Below are positions 1-10,959 of a DNA stretch of 64,000 nucleotides, piece by piece. This DNA is from Spirochaetia bacterium (GTDB lineage Bacteria; Spirochaetota; Spirochaetia; SP-2023): NCBI GenBank assembly GCA_965225855.1, contig CBDDCK010000004.1, forward strand, positions 192,001 through 256,000, written 5' to 3'. Made by a program: the position numbers and the translations under genes. Each line of letters begins with the position of its first letter. Within the stretch, counting starts at the first letter, position 1. The notes beneath the pieces are model-generated. The model saw only the letters and a list, made by a program, of their open reading frames with translations, did not search any database and was not told where the DNA came from.

Positions 1-975
1 CTTAGGAGCATGATTTTTCTTTAAATTATCTTGCATTTGATCTGCGGTAACAGAACAAATAATAACGATGCCTAACAATATTTTTTGCCAAAATGTAGGT
101 ATGCGGCCTAAAGTAAGCCCATTATTCATAATAGCAATAAATAAAGTGCCGGAAACAATATTGAGAACCCGCCCTTTTCCCCCATGTATGCTAACCCCAC
201 CAATGACGGCAGCAGCGATTACTTCTAACTCAAAACCAATGAATGCGTTAGGGTCGGCTTGTCCTACGATGGATGTATGAGTAAAAGCGGCAATGCCCTG
301 CAAAAAACCTTGGCATATATATACAAATAATAAAACCCTTGATGTATTTATACCAAATCTTTTTGCACTAATAATATCGCCCCCCAATGCATAAGCGCTG
401 CGTCCTAATGTGGTATATGTCAACACAATAAAAGCAAGGAATAGTGATACAGTTACCAGTATAAACTGAATGGGCAAACCTCTCGTATTATCAAAAAATC
501 GATATTGTCCAAACGCGATGAAACTCTGAGGAATACCTGTGATCCAGTCTCCATTGCTTACGTACAATAATATGCCAAATAATACGCTAAGCATACCTAA
601 TGTAATTACTATAGCAGGAATTTTATAATGGACAATGAAAAATCCGTTTACGAAGCTAAGCCCAACGCCAACCATCAGGTTGACTATTAATAGCAATACT
701 GCATTGTGAGAATAGTTTACCAATAAATAGCCGCCAATCATCGTATTAACAGCTAATGCCGATCCTACAGAAACATCTATCCCACCAGTTAATAATATAA
801 ACAACATACCTAAGGAGCTAATCAATAATACAGAGTTGGCTTTTACTATATCCATAATATTTTCGATACTGAAAAATTTGGGGTTTAAAGCACCAACCAC
901 AGAGGAAATTATTAATATAAGTATAAAGATAGGCACTTCTCTATGGTTTAATATTTTTAAAGCGATATTTTTCAT
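1..975 (-). CDS. sugar (rhamnose) ABC transporter permease, 3' end runs off window
   Basis: Not in ORF track. ATG at 975 overlaps the ATPase stop (ATGA); hydrophobic minus-strand frame with GGIDVSVG and FELEVIAAAVIGG motifs, reaching position 1. Confidence 0.88.
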   Translation of the reverse strand, partial: MKNIALKILNHREVPIFILILIISSVVGALNPKFFSIENIMDIVKANSVLLISSLGMLFILLTGGIDVSVGSALAVNTMIGGYLLVNYSHNAVLLLIVNLMVGVGLSFVNGFFIVHYKIPAIVITLGMLSVLFGILLYVSNGDWITGIPQSFIAFGQYRFFDNTRGLPIQFILVTVSLFLAFIVLTYTTLGRSAYALGGDIISAKRFGINTSRVLLFVYICQGFLQGIAAFTHTSIVGQADPNAFIGFELEVIAAAVIGGVSIHGGKGRVLNIVSGTLFIAIMNNGLTLGRIPTFWQKILLGIVIICSVTADQMQDNLKKNHAPK

Positions 976-2486
976 TTAGAATCCCTGAGATTATGTAAGC
1001 CGATAGCTGCATATTTCATAATATTTCTGGGCTTGATTTCATCTTGATAAAGAGTAGCTGATATTCTGCCACGCCTCATGACAATCAATCTATCGCAAAC
1101 AGAAATAATTTCGTTCATTTCAGAAGAAATAACAATAATGCTAACCCCCTGTTCGCTGAGCCTGCGTAATAAATTGTGCATTTCTACTTTTGCGCCTATA
1201 TCAATGCCATTTGTTGGCTCATCTACAATCATAATCATGGGATTAATCGCAATCCATTTGCCGATAACCACCTTTTGTTTATTGCCACCAGAAAGCTGAT
1301 CTGCTAGCATATTTGGTATTCGGGGAATTACATTCAATGAATCTATTTGCTCTGAAACGAGCTCTTTTTCTTGAATAAGATTTCTCCACTGTAGTGTATT
1401 GATAGACTTAGAAGTTATAATTAAATTATCATGAATATTTCGAGAAATAAAAAGACCTTCATTTAGTCTATCTTCTGGAATGTAGGATAAACCTACTTTT
1501 CGGGCTTTTACCGTGGACAAAATATTGATAGGTACCCCATTAATAGATAAAATACCTGTGTCTGGTTTTTCTATGCCAAAGATGGCCTGCATTAGCTCTG
1601 TTCGTCCGGCACCAACCATGCCATAAAACCCTAATATTTCGCCATGATGTAATTCAAAGGAGATATCACCGAAATGCTTTTTCTTAGAGAAATGCTCTAT
1701 TTTTAATACTGTTTTTTCAGCTTGTTTGTCGCGTTTAGGATGAATAAAATATTCAATATCGCGTCCAACCATCAATTTGATAAGTTGTGATTCTGTTAGC
1801 TCTGTTTTATTAAAGGTCCCCATGTAAGACCCATCTCTTAGTATGGTAAATCGATCACATATCCTGAATAATTCATCCAATTTGTGGCTCACAAAGATAA
1901 TAGAAATGCCTTTATTTTTTATCTTCTGCATTACGCGAAATAAATCTTCAATCTCACTTGCAGAAAGTGAAGAGGTCGGCTCGTCCATAATAAAAATTTT
2001 GGTTTCGATTGTTAAGGCTTTTGCAATTGCAACTATTTGCTGTTTACCTATGGCAAGAGATTCTACTAAAGTATTTGGCTCTACATCTAACGATACTTCT
2101 GCCAGGGTATTGAGGGCAATTTGTCTTAATTTTTTCCAATTTACCCAAAAGTGATTTTTCTCTAATAATCGCCCCAGGAATAGATTTTCTCCGACACTTA
2201 GATTTTTCAGTAAAGATAGGTCTTGGTATATGACCGATATTCCTTTTTTGATAGATATTATTGGAGTTATTTCTTGTATTTGAGTGCCTTCCATAAAAAT
2301 TTTTGCACCGTCATCTGGTTGTTCTATCCCTGCTAATATTTTTATTAATGTCGATTTACCAGCACCATTTTCACCTATTAGAGCATGTATTTCGCCATAA
2401 TTTAAAAAGAATGATATATCTTTTAATGCCTTTACACCGGGGTAAGTTTTGCTTATATTTTGGCATTGTAGTAAAATTTTCTCCAT
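972..2486 (-). CDS. sugar ABC transporter ATP-binding protein (two ABC domains)
   Basis: GENGAGKST Walker A, DEPT, LSGGNKQK; rha operon context. Confidence 0.95.
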   Translation of the reverse strand: MEKILLQCQNISKTYPGVKALKDISFFLNYGEIHALIGENGAGKSTLIKILAGIEQPDDGAKIFMEGTQIQEITPIISIKKGISVIYQDLSLLKNLSVGENLFLGRLLEKNHFWVNWKKLRQIALNTLAEVSLDVEPNTLVESLAIGKQQIVAIAKALTIETKIFIMDEPTSSLSASEIEDLFRVMQKIKNKGISIIFVSHKLDELFRICDRFTILRDGSYMGTFNKTELTESQLIKLMVGRDIEYFIHPKRDKQAEKTVLKIEHFSKKKHFGDISFELHHGEILGFYGMVGAGRTELMQAIFGIEKPDTGILSINGVPINILSTVKARKVGLSYIPEDRLNEGLFISRNIHDNLIITSKSINTLQWRNLIQEKELVSEQIDSLNVIPRIPNMLADQLSGGNKQKVVIGKWIAINPMIMIVDEPTNGIDIGAKVEMHNLLRRLSEQGVSIIVISSEMNEIISVCDRLIVMRRGRISATLYQDEIKPRNIMKYAAIGLHNLRDSK

Positions 2487-2491
2487 GTTGC

Positions 2492-3292
2492 TTATTCCTT
2501 CCATAGCAACTTAGGGTTCAAGACAATACTAAAACGTTCGCTTAGTAAGCGTATTTCCTCTTTAGACATAGAGATTACCTCCGCTCCTGCGTTTTTGACC
2601 TTCAAAACAATCTCGGCCGATTTTTCTAAGGTTTCCAGTAAGCCAAAACCAGTCTCTAAGTTTTTGTCGCTGATAAATATCCCATGGTGAGCCCATAGAA
2701 CTACTTGAAAATCTTTCATCTTTTGCGCAGTAGCCATTCCGATTTCTAATGTGCCGGGGGTTAAATATGGTAATACTCCCACGCCATCAGGAAACATTAC
2801 CGCGCATTCGGGCATAGTCCACCACAGGTGATTGGAAAATGACTCGTCCGTGGCCGGCAGCACAAAGGACAAAGCAATCATATGAGTCAGATGACAATGC
2901 ATAATTACGCGCTCTACCCCTTTACTTAGGAGTTTGCGTACTGTGTGGCTCAACAGATGAGCCGCAACTTCGCTAGTTGGTTTACTCTTCCCCCATTGCT
3001 GGACATAATTTTTGCCATCTTCAGAAATACGAATGATGGCCAAATTGTTTTCTGGATATGCTGCAATGTGCCGAAAAAATTTACCTGTGCCTTTACATAA
3101 AAAATACTCTCCGGCAACTTCACTCGCATCAAAGTTTAGTAGAACTGGTTCGCTTTCCTTAAATTCTCCATTAAATTCGGCTATTTCCGCTTCTGTCATG
3201 CGCAGGGTAATATTCCCACCATTCCCTTCATTCCAGCCGCGCTGCCACATAAGTTGGGTGATGTGGCCAAATGTGTCTAATAAAGAATTCAT
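2492..3292 (-). CDS. rhaD: rhamnulose-1-phosphate aldolase
   Basis: GWNEGNGGN, PTSE, MHCH, LWAHHG class II aldolase motifs. Confidence 0.93.
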   Translation of the reverse strand: MNSLLDTFGHITQLMWQRGWNEGNGGNITLRMTEAEIAEFNGEFKESEPVLLNFDASEVAGEYFLCKGTGKFFRHIAAYPENNLAIIRISEDGKNYVQQWGKSKPTSEVAAHLLSHTVRKLLSKGVERVIMHCHLTHMIALSFVLPATDESFSNHLWWTMPECAVMFPDGVGVLPYLTPGTLEIGMATAQKMKDFQVVLWAHHGIFISDKNLETGFGLLETLEKSAEIVLKVKNAGAEVISMSKEEIRLLSERFSIVLNPKLLWKE

Positions 3293-3307
3293 AAACTTTC
3301 TTCTTTC

Positions 3308-4573
3308 TCAGCGATTAGATAATACGGTATGATTATATTGGGCTAATTCTCCCAGCCAGGCTATGCCGCAAGGAGTCTCATTGTGTAAACAGAAGTAATC
3401 CCACACCGCGCCAAAATCGAGACTTTTGTATTCTTCTGTTAAAGCCAGTCGCTCGGTCAAATCAAAGCGCTTTTCGGCTTGCTGTAATTGCTGTGTATTT
3501 TCCAATAAGCTAATAAGCAACGCTTTTTGTGTATTACGCATACCGATAACCCACGCGGCTAATCGGTTAATACTGGCATCAAAATAATCCAAAGCGATAT
3601 GGATTTTATCTAGGCAAGCACCGCGAACCAGTTCATGGCATAAGGCTAGTAGCTCATCATTGAGAGTAACGACATGATCGCTGTCCCAACGTACTGGCCG
3701 ACTCACATGCAACAGCATCTCATCGAGAAATAAAAGCACGGCCGAAAGTTTATCTGCCACTGATTCTGTGGGGTGAAAATGACCTAAATCATAGCAAAGT
3801 AGTTTTTTATTTTGCAAAGCATAGGCCAGATAAAATTCATGGCTGCCAACAACACAACTTTCTGAACCGATACCAAATAATTTTCCTTCTATCGCGTCTT
3901 TAACATATTGGCAAGGTTCGGCAAATATTTCATCTAATGATTCTTTAAGACGGGCTCTCACCGAAAATCTATCCACCGGTGTATCTTTAAAACCATCGAC
4001 TGCCCAAATACTATTTATGGAAATATCCTGTAATCCCTGACCCAAATAATTTGCAATACGGCGGGTAGCTCGACAATGTTTAATCCAATAGTCTCGAATC
4101 GACTTATCGGGATGGGATAAAGTCAATCCATCTAATGCTTTCTCATGAGCAAATAAAGTCGGGTTTAAATCCAATTTTACTCTTGTTGTTTTGGCCCAAG
4201 CCAGCCAGGAAGCAAAATGAACCGGCTCTAATTCAGCTCTATCGATTGCAATCCCTTTAGTATCTGCATATATGGCGTGTAAATTTAAACGATGTTGTCC
4301 CGGTATTAGTTTGTAAACAAAATTTAGATCTTGTTGTAATTCCTTGACTGTGGATGCTTTCCCTGGATAAGCTCCAGTTATGGGATTGCCAGCTCCGGCT
4401 TTGCTTTTGTATATTTCAAAACCATTTACATCGTCCCCTTGCCAACAATGTAACGAAATACTTATTTGTGCTAATCTAGTTAAGGCTTGGTCTGTGTCGA
4501 CCCCAAAATAGGCATATTGTTCGCGTGCGTGTTCATAACGTTGCTGAATGGCACTATCTTTTAAGTATTTCAT
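3308..4573 (-). CDS. rhaA: L-rhamnose isomerase
   Basis: SLHCWQGDDV, KLFGIGSES, HVSRPVRWDSDHV. Confidence 0.97.
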   Translation of the reverse strand: MKYLKDSAIQQRYEHAREQYAYFGVDTDQALTRLAQISISLHCWQGDDVNGFEIYKSKAGAGNPITGAYPGKASTVKELQQDLNFVYKLIPGQHRLNLHAIYADTKGIAIDRAELEPVHFASWLAWAKTTRVKLDLNPTLFAHEKALDGLTLSHPDKSIRDYWIKHCRATRRIANYLGQGLQDISINSIWAVDGFKDTPVDRFSVRARLKESLDEIFAEPCQYVKDAIEGKLFGIGSESCVVGSHEFYLAYALQNKKLLCYDLGHFHPTESVADKLSAVLLFLDEMLLHVSRPVRWDSDHVVTLNDELLALCHELVRGACLDKIHIALDYFDASINRLAAWVIGMRNTQKALLISLLENTQQLQQAEKRFDLTERLALTEEYKSLDFGAVWDYFCLHNETPCGIAWLGELAQYNHTVLSNR

Positions 4574-6093
4574 AGCAAGCTCTCACCGTTTTCGGACAGT
4601 TTGCGTTTTATATTTTTGTAGCGCTTGTATGTGGAGTCTACATCAAAAGAATTTTGAGGCAGAAAATTCTGCGTTTGAAAGGAGTTTTGGCTTAAAGCTC
4701 GAACTTCGGCGAGGCTATGGTAGTTTGTGTTTTGATCTGCAATAAGCTGGGCTAAAATATTGCCAATTGCCGAAGCCTCAATGTGTCCAGTCTCGACTGG
4801 TATCATTAAACTGTTTGCACAGAGCTGATTAAGTAAAGCACTCTGACTGCCACCTCCCACAATATGAAGAACTTTGCCTTTTTTACCACTGATATTTTGC
4901 AAAGTCTCATAGCAGCTACGATATTCCATAGCTAAGCTGTGGTAAATACTTGACACCAGTGTGGCGAGATTTTCAGGGATTGCCTCGCTTGCATGATGGC
5001 AAAGCTGCTGTATTTTGCCAGACATATTCCCGGGTTGCAGGAGCGCAGGGTGCTCTACTGGAAATAAAAAACGATAAGACTGGAGGGGAGCACCTGCTGC
5101 TAGTATCAATTCTTCAAGCTGGGCATAACTAGCAGAAGGGGCTAATTCGCGGCGTACTTCCTGTAGAATCCACAGGCCAGCAAGAGATTTTAGAAAGAGA
5201 ATTTTACCATCGTAACCTAACTCGTTGGCAAAGTTTTGATGATAGGACTCTGGGCTGGTGATGGGAGTTTCTAGTTCACAGCCCATCACGGACCAGGTTC
5301 CTGAGCTAAGAAAAAGTTTTGCTTCATCGGGGTTGCTTTCTCTAAAAGGTATTGCCATTACGGCCGAAGCCGTATCATGGCTGGCGACCTGTACCATACG
5401 GCAATTTTTTAAGCTACCGGAACATAATTCTGGGAAAAGATTGCCGGCCAATACTGTTGCAGCAGGAACAAATTTTTGAAACATTGTACTAGGGATTTGT
5501 AATGTTTTCATTAGCTCGAAATCCCAGTCTTTTTTATTCAGCGAATAAAGCTGAGATGTAGAAGCATTAGTTTTTTCATTGTAAAGATAGCCGCAAAGCC
5601 GAAAGGCCAAATAGTCCGGCATCATCAGAAAGTATTTAGCTTTTTGTAAAGTATTTTGTTCTTCGCAGCGAGCTGAAAATAACTGGCAAATGGTGTTGGC
5701 TTCCATAAATTGAGAGCCGGTACGCATGTATAATTCTTGCAAATCAATTAGTTTGGCCAGTTTGTTGTATTGGCCGGTAGTGCGCTCATCGCGGTAAGAA
5801 TAGGGAGGAGCAATTAATTGCTGGTTCGCATCTAATAGCAAATAATCTACTCCCCATGTATCTATACCAATCGAGCTATAATTCTCAGAATGCTCTGCGA
5901 TATTGCCTAATTGTTCTCGTATCCATGTTACCATTGGCTCTATTTGCCATTCTAAATGGCCAGAACTTCCTCGTATCGCTTGATGTTCCATTCGAGACAA
6001 TTCTTGCAGCTTTAGGATATTGCCCGAATGAGAGCCTGAAAATAAACGAATGCTAGATGCTCCTACATCTAGTGCCAAGTAAGAATATCCCAT
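4570..6093 (-). CDS. rhaB: rhamnulokinase
   Basis: ALDVGASS, IGIDTWGVDY, SHDTASAV, SSGTWS; start placed at MGYSYL. Confidence 0.94.
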   Translation of the reverse strand: MGYSYLALDVGASSIRLFSGSHSGNILKLQELSRMEHQAIRGSSGHLEWQIEPMVTWIREQLGNIAEHSENYSSIGIDTWGVDYLLLDANQQLIAPPYSYRDERTTGQYNKLAKLIDLQELYMRTGSQFMEANTICQLFSARCEEQNTLQKAKYFLMMPDYLAFRLCGYLYNEKTNASTSQLYSLNKKDWDFELMKTLQIPSTMFQKFVPAATVLAGNLFPELCSGSLKNCRMVQVASHDTASAVMAIPFRESNPDEAKLFLSSGTWSVMGCELETPITSPESYHQNFANELGYDGKILFLKSLAGLWILQEVRRELAPSASYAQLEELILAAGAPLQSYRFLFPVEHPALLQPGNMSGKIQQLCHHASEAIPENLATLVSSIYHSLAMEYRSCYETLQNISGKKGKVLHIVGGGSQSALLNQLCANSLMIPVETGHIEASAIGNILAQLIADQNTNYHSLAEVRALSQNSFQTQNFLPQNSFDVDSTYKRYKNIKRKLSENGESLL

Positions 6094-6319
6094 AGGATAT
6101 AGTCTAGCACGATTTTTTGGATTCGTCAAGAAAAAAATTGTAACATAATTTTATATCAAATTTAGTTCAACATCCTGTGTCAAAATCCTCTCTAATCTTG
6201 TTTAGACCCAACACAAAATAGCAGAAAAATTTTCACGTCATTTTTATTGGTATTGCTAGTTGCAGTGTTTTTCCATTTTCACTAGGTTAGACTCTCTTGT
6301 TTTGATAAAGAGAAAGACA

Positions 6320-6947
6320 ATGAGTATTACCGATTATTTACAGGCAAGGTATTCGACCAAATTATTCAATCTTGATAAGAAGTTGAATGCATAGCAAATA
6401 CAAGATATAAAAACATTATGCGGCTTAGCCCATCTAGTGTCAATATTTAGCCTTGGCATGTGCTTATTGCTAGTAGTCAGCAGAGCAAAAAATGGTATTG
6501 CCGAAGCGCGGCCCCGGGTGTTTATGCATTTAATGAAAAAAATATTGTGGATGCATCCCATGTTTTAATATACTGCGTCACAACAGATATTGATGAACAA
6601 TATCTGGACAACCTACTTATAAAGGAAATTTCTGAAGGTTTGTTAGCTACGGATACAGCCGGCGAATATGCATTCGATACGCTCTGCTAAAGTAGTTGCG
6701 CACCAAGAGAGGGTAAAAGATTTAAATCACTAAATAGATAAGCAGGTATAATGGTAATTGATACTGTACACCTATGGAAGGTTTCGATCAACAGATTCTT
6801 GATACAGAATTTGGCTTGAATTAACAAGGCTATCGTAGTTAGTTATTGTATCGCTGGGCTTACCGCAGTAATGACGATACTCATGCGGCTTGGCCTAAAT
6901 CCCGATTACCAAAACAACAAATTTTTACCGATTGGCTAGAGTCATAA
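6320..6947 (+). pseudogene. oxygen-insensitive NAD(P)H nitroreductase (NfsB-like), multiple stops and frameshifts
   Basis: Pieces read MSITDYLQARYSTKLF..., LSPSSVNI*PWHVLIAS, EGFDQQILDTEFGL, PKSRLP across frames. Confidence 0.85.
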
Positions 6948-8083
6948 TAAATAATGGTACTAACTGAAAGAGCATCCATAATCTGGGTGGCAATGCCTCT
7001 ACTTTTTATCTCTGATTCTGCCATATAATGTATTCCATCAAATGGGGCTGCTTTGAGTGTATAAAAATAAAAATCACGCCCCTGCTGCTCACCTAGCATC
7101 ATGGCAAAGTATTCTAGCTGGTTTTTATGTGCAGGGTGATCTTTATCCACCTCACCAGCAGGCGCTTCGCCAACACAACACCAAGAGTGTACCCCTAATT
7201 TGCCCCCTCGAGTAAAAATCCTTTCTACTCCCGAGGTAAATAAATCTACCCCTCCTGAAGATACATCACTATTAGAAAGTAATTTCGTTGCAAAGCCATT
7301 TTGCCTAAGCAGTCTACCTGTATGCATATTCACAGCATCATTTATTGAACCCGGCACCTCTGTCAGCACGATTGTCTTTACCTTGGGCTGTTCCTCAATA
7401 AGTTTTGTTATTTGGTGATAGGTGTGAGTACCTAAAATTCCAGATAAATAAGCTTCATCACCTACAACCTTTATTTGCGTACTGCCCATACCAAGAAGAT
7501 TTGGAGAGCCCGTAAAAGCAAAACGGGTAGTAGGTTTTCCGTTGTTATCTAGGATTGTACCTTCAACCACTATATCTCCTGATGAATTTTCTGTAAGAAC
7601 GACTAAACCTTGCTGAAAAGGGCTATCATCGATACCGTCTTGTTCCTCTAGTAAAATATTTCGGTTGAAAAAAGAAACGTCTGTTTGGCTTTCCTCATCT
7701 GCATCTTGCTTTTCGGCATCATTTACAATAATAAAAGCAGATTGGCTTTTGCCATCGCGATCATATACAAACGTCAAACCTAGATTTCCGCTCTCTGTAG
7801 GCAGTAATTCTATATCTTGTAGTGGATATTCTCTATCACCTATAGTAAATTTTGCTGTTTGGAACGCTGCCATGGTTTCATCGACCAAGCTGTCAATTTC
7901 AGAAGCAGGTATAGAATCATCGGTATAATCCCAACATTTATCTTTGTACCAGTATTTTTGTTGTTTTAGGCAAGCTGCTTCGCTTTTTATTTGGGTATTT
8001 GCGGAGCTAGAAGAACATGCCAACATTACAGCCAAAAATCCGCTCAAAGATATAGACAGTATAATTTGCTTCATGGTAGACAT
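6881..8083 (-). CDS. lipoprotein with C-terminal COG3904-like (ClpP/crotonase-like) domain
   Basis: Lipobox MLAC; VPGSIND...SGGVDLF...LGVHSW motifs. Confidence 0.7.
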   Translation of the reverse strand: MSTMKQIILSISLSGFLAVMLACSSSSANTQIKSEAACLKQQKYWYKDKCWDYTDDSIPASEIDSLVDETMAAFQTAKFTIGDREYPLQDIELLPTESGNLGLTFVYDRDGKSQSAFIIVNDAEKQDADEESQTDVSFFNRNILLEEQDGIDDSPFQQGLVVLTENSSGDIVVEGTILDNNGKPTTRFAFTGSPNLLGMGSTQIKVVGDEAYLSGILGTHTYHQITKLIEEQPKVKTIVLTEVPGSINDAVNMHTGRLLRQNGFATKLLSNSDVSSGGVDLFTSGVERIFTRGGKLGVHSWCCVGEAPAGEVDKDHPAHKNQLEYFAMMLGEQQGRDFYFYTLKAAPFDGIHYMAESEIKSRGIATQIMDALSVSTIIYYDSSQSVKICCFGNRDLGQAA

Positions 8084-8214
8084 CCTCTAAAATTTCGACT
8101 ACTGTATATGGATCAAAAAGCCTAGTCAATATGGTTTGATAATAATGTTGCATTATTTTTAACCGATCGAAAATTATTTACAAGGTTCAAGCAACATTGT
8201 CTTTCCCTACGTTT

Positions 8215-9012
8215 TTAAGCAATACTCTGCAATTTGCAGCCCAATAATAATTCTAAGCTATATTGTAACTTGATTATTATCTTGGATACAACCTCGCTAT
8301 AATATTGTGTTTGTACGCCAAAGAAAAGCTCATCTTGGCGCACAAAGCTGTCTAACCCTTGTTCGGCCCAGCACAATACATTGATCTCATCTTTAGATAG
8401 CCGATGTCCATTTCGAGCGCGAGCACAAAATTCACAAAGAAGTTCGCTGCGCATACTGAAAAATACAGTTTTTCCGAATAAATCAAAATTTTGGTTGCAG
8501 TTGTGGCAGTGCCCCAGCCCGGGTTGAAAACCTTCTAACAGCAAAAATTGCCATAAAAAACGCAAACTAGCCAAACGGCAATACGCTGGCGAATCAAAAT
8601 GCAGAACGCTGCTCAATAAACTGCGCAGTTCGGCAAACAATTGGGCCAAATTGCGCTGACCTAAGCCATGAGAATATAGCAATAATTCCGACCATAAAGC
8701 CACATGCTGGTAGACTTGCGCACAATTTGGATTTTTTAAGACTAGACTCGGAGCTTCCAAATGCCAATCGGCAACCTGAATTCGTTTGCCCTGTTTGAGG
8801 TTTAATTGCCCAAAAGAAAATGATTGAACTGTTGCTCGCAGCGGGTTTCTTTTACTGACAGAACCATATAAAAATGCGGATAGTAAACCATAATCTGGGC
8901 TCAAAAACACAATATGACGGTGTAAATCTTTCCACATTTCGCTGAAAATAATATATGCAGGGAAATATTGATTACATGGTACATGGTAATTTTTCCAGAT
9001 TGAGGCAGCCAT
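8215..9012 (-). CDS. recO: DNA repair protein RecO
   Basis: N-terminal OB-like FLSPDYGLLSAFLYG...LRATVQ, C-terminal CxxC...CxxC; start moved to ATG 9012 just after the upstream stop. Confidence 0.75.
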   Translation of the reverse strand: MAASIWKNYHVPCNQYFPAYIIFSEMWKDLHRHIVFLSPDYGLLSAFLYGSVSKRNPLRATVQSFSFGQLNLKQGKRIQVADWHLEAPSLVLKNPNCAQVYQHVALWSELLLYSHGLGQRNLAQLFAELRSLLSSVLHFDSPAYCRLASLRFLWQFLLLEGFQPGLGHCHNCNQNFDLFGKTVFFSMRSELLCEFCARARNGHRLSKDEINVLCWAEQGLDSFVRQDELFFGVQTQYYSEVVSKIIIKLQYSLELLLGCKLQSIA

Positions 9013-9014
9013 TC

Positions 9015-9881
9015 TTACGTCTCTGTGGCAATGCGCGTATGCTTTATTTCTTTTTTGCGCAAACGATAAGCCCATGGCCGAAACCGCCGAATAATCGCAT
9101 ATTGCCATGGTTTTGTCGCAACAGCTTCAGCCCAAGGTACCAAAATATGAATAACCCCTTGTGCGGCACTCATAACCTGCCCAGGGGCAAAAGAGACTTG
9201 AACCCCCTGTTTCCCCACACTGAGCATACGCAGATGCTCTCTAGTTGGTTTGATTCCCTGCGAATAAAAATTGCCGGCTCCAATATATTCATTGAGCTGG
9301 CGCAAACAAGAGTTTGCCAAATTCTCCAGTACTAAGCGAGGCTGTTCTACCACATCAAAAAAATCCACTACACTGCCAAATTTCAGCGCATACATAAGAA
9401 CTTCTGCCTGCGTGGTACGACTTGCTGCTGTAAGCTTGTTTGAATTTTGCTCAACATCTTTCCAATTGGCAGAATTGGAATGGATGTTCAAACTAGGAGG
9501 CAAATTCGAGGAGCTTGATTGGCCTTCCGTTTGCACTTCCCAAGTTTCGTATAACACAAAAGAAATAATATATAAGTCTGGCGAGCGCAGTACATCAAAT
9601 GTAGCTCGGTAAATAAAAGCAGTCTTTTGATTCAAATAATCCAAAATCTTATCATCAAGCTGCTTGCGAAATGCATTATACTTTGCCAAAATGCGCTCGC
9701 GCAGCGAGCCATCGAGGTTGGTATTATCAGTAACTGGATAATGTAATTCGGTAAGCAATAAATCTGTTTTCTTGCGATAGATAACTTGACGAACACCAGC
9801 AGCTAAAAATCGTTTTTCTGTTGTACTGCAAGAAACGTAAAAAAATAGTAAAGTCCAAATTATGATGATATTGCGAACCAT
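9015..9881 (-). CDS. lipoprotein with RsiV/DUF3298-like C-terminal domain
   Basis: Lipobox YVSC; VSFAPGQVMSAAQGVIHILVPW resembles the DUF3298 consensus. Confidence 0.6.
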   Translation of the reverse strand: MVRNIIIIWTLLFFYVSCSTTEKRFLAAGVRQVIYRKKTDLLLTELHYPVTDNTNLDGSLRERILAKYNAFRKQLDDKILDYLNQKTAFIYRATFDVLRSPDLYIISFVLYETWEVQTEGQSSSSNLPPSLNIHSNSANWKDVEQNSNKLTAASRTTQAEVLMYALKFGSVVDFFDVVEQPRLVLENLANSCLRQLNEYIGAGNFYSQGIKPTREHLRMLSVGKQGVQVSFAPGQVMSAAQGVIHILVPWAEAVATKPWQYAIIRRFRPWAYRLRKKEIKHTRIATET

Positions 9882-9902
9882 TATTGTTGACTTTGTGATT
9901 GT

Positions 9903-10937
9903 TTATTTTTTGCTAAAACTTTGTTGAGGCTCTAAATCGCCGCCAAATAAACTACTGGTTTGCAGCCAAGAAAGGCTTTCTTGCTGCCACAGAGCCAAGG
10001 CCCTTTGCCATTGGTTGGCTGCCTTCTTGCGACTAAAGGCTAAATACTCGGTTTCTTCTTTGGTTTTTGCTCTGACTTCTTGGCCTTGATTATTTTGCTC
10101 TAGCAGCAAAAGCGGTGAAAGGGAAAGCCAAGTCTCTACGGCTAAATCCCCGGCTTTATCTTGGTAATACCGGCACATAATTGCCTCTTGGTTAATATTA
10201 TTGATTTTATTGCGAATATCTTGCTCGCTAAGTATATGGCTGATTTTGTTATCTAAGGCCCAATAGGTACTAAACAGTATTTGCTGGCCAACCAACTGGA
10301 AGGTAATGCTTGCTTGTTCTGAATGCCGAGCAATCCCGTAATTCGCCAGATAATCCACTTGATAATCTGCTTGCTTTAGCAGCTTGCCAACCGCTTTAAG
10401 CTGCGAATCCACGCTGTAAAGCTGCTGCAATTCTTCTTCAATTTGGTTTGTTGGCTGGGTTTCTACCAGGTGAAAAAACTTTGCAAGCCAGCCATTATTG
10501 AATACAGTAAAAGCAACCATAGCGATAATTAACAAAAATGAAATCCATAGATTTCCATGAGCATTGGGATTGCGCAATTCTAACAAAAAATCTTTATCTT
10601 CATTGTATTTCAATGCTACATTTAAACGATTGATTGCATCATCTTGGGCACTGGTAGAAAAAAATAGCCAAGATAATTGGTTGCGGTCTTTAAAATGCTC
10701 GGTATTTTCGCAGTAATCAAATTCCCAACCAAATTGAAGCACAGTTGTACGCTGTTTGGGTTTGGCTCGCAACAAAAAATTGAGTTCGGCAGTTCGCCAT
10801 AAAGCCAAGCGATCGGGCACAACACAACACGGTGTATCCCCTAAAATTTCATTGTATTCTTGGATATTTTCTTTCAAATTGGGGACTTGCAAAGTAACAT
10901 GGAATCGCTTGGAATGGCGTTCTTGAAATGGCGACAT
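9903..10937 (-). CDS. membrane protein: N-terminal VOC/glyoxalase-like domain, one TM helix, YbjN-like C-terminal domain
   Basis: RFHVTLQV...ALWRTAELN; TM LWISFLLIIAMVAFTVF; NNINQEAIMCRYYQDKAGDLAVE. Confidence 0.5.
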   Translation of the reverse strand: MSPFQERHSKRFHVTLQVPNLKENIQEYNEILGDTPCCVVPDRLALWRTAELNFLLRAKPKQRTTVLQFGWEFDYCENTEHFKDRNQLSWLFFSTSAQDDAINRLNVALKYNEDKDFLLELRNPNAHGNLWISFLLIIAMVAFTVFNNGWLAKFFHLVETQPTNQIEEELQQLYSVDSQLKAVGKLLKQADYQVDYLANYGIARHSEQASITFQLVGQQILFSTYWALDNKISHILSEQDIRNKINNINQEAIMCRYYQDKAGDLAVETWLSLSPLLLLEQNNQGQEVRAKTKEETEYLAFSRKKAANQWQRALALWQQESLSWLQTSSLFGGDLEPQQSFSKK

Positions 10938-10959
10938 AGGGCATAGATATTACAACAAT

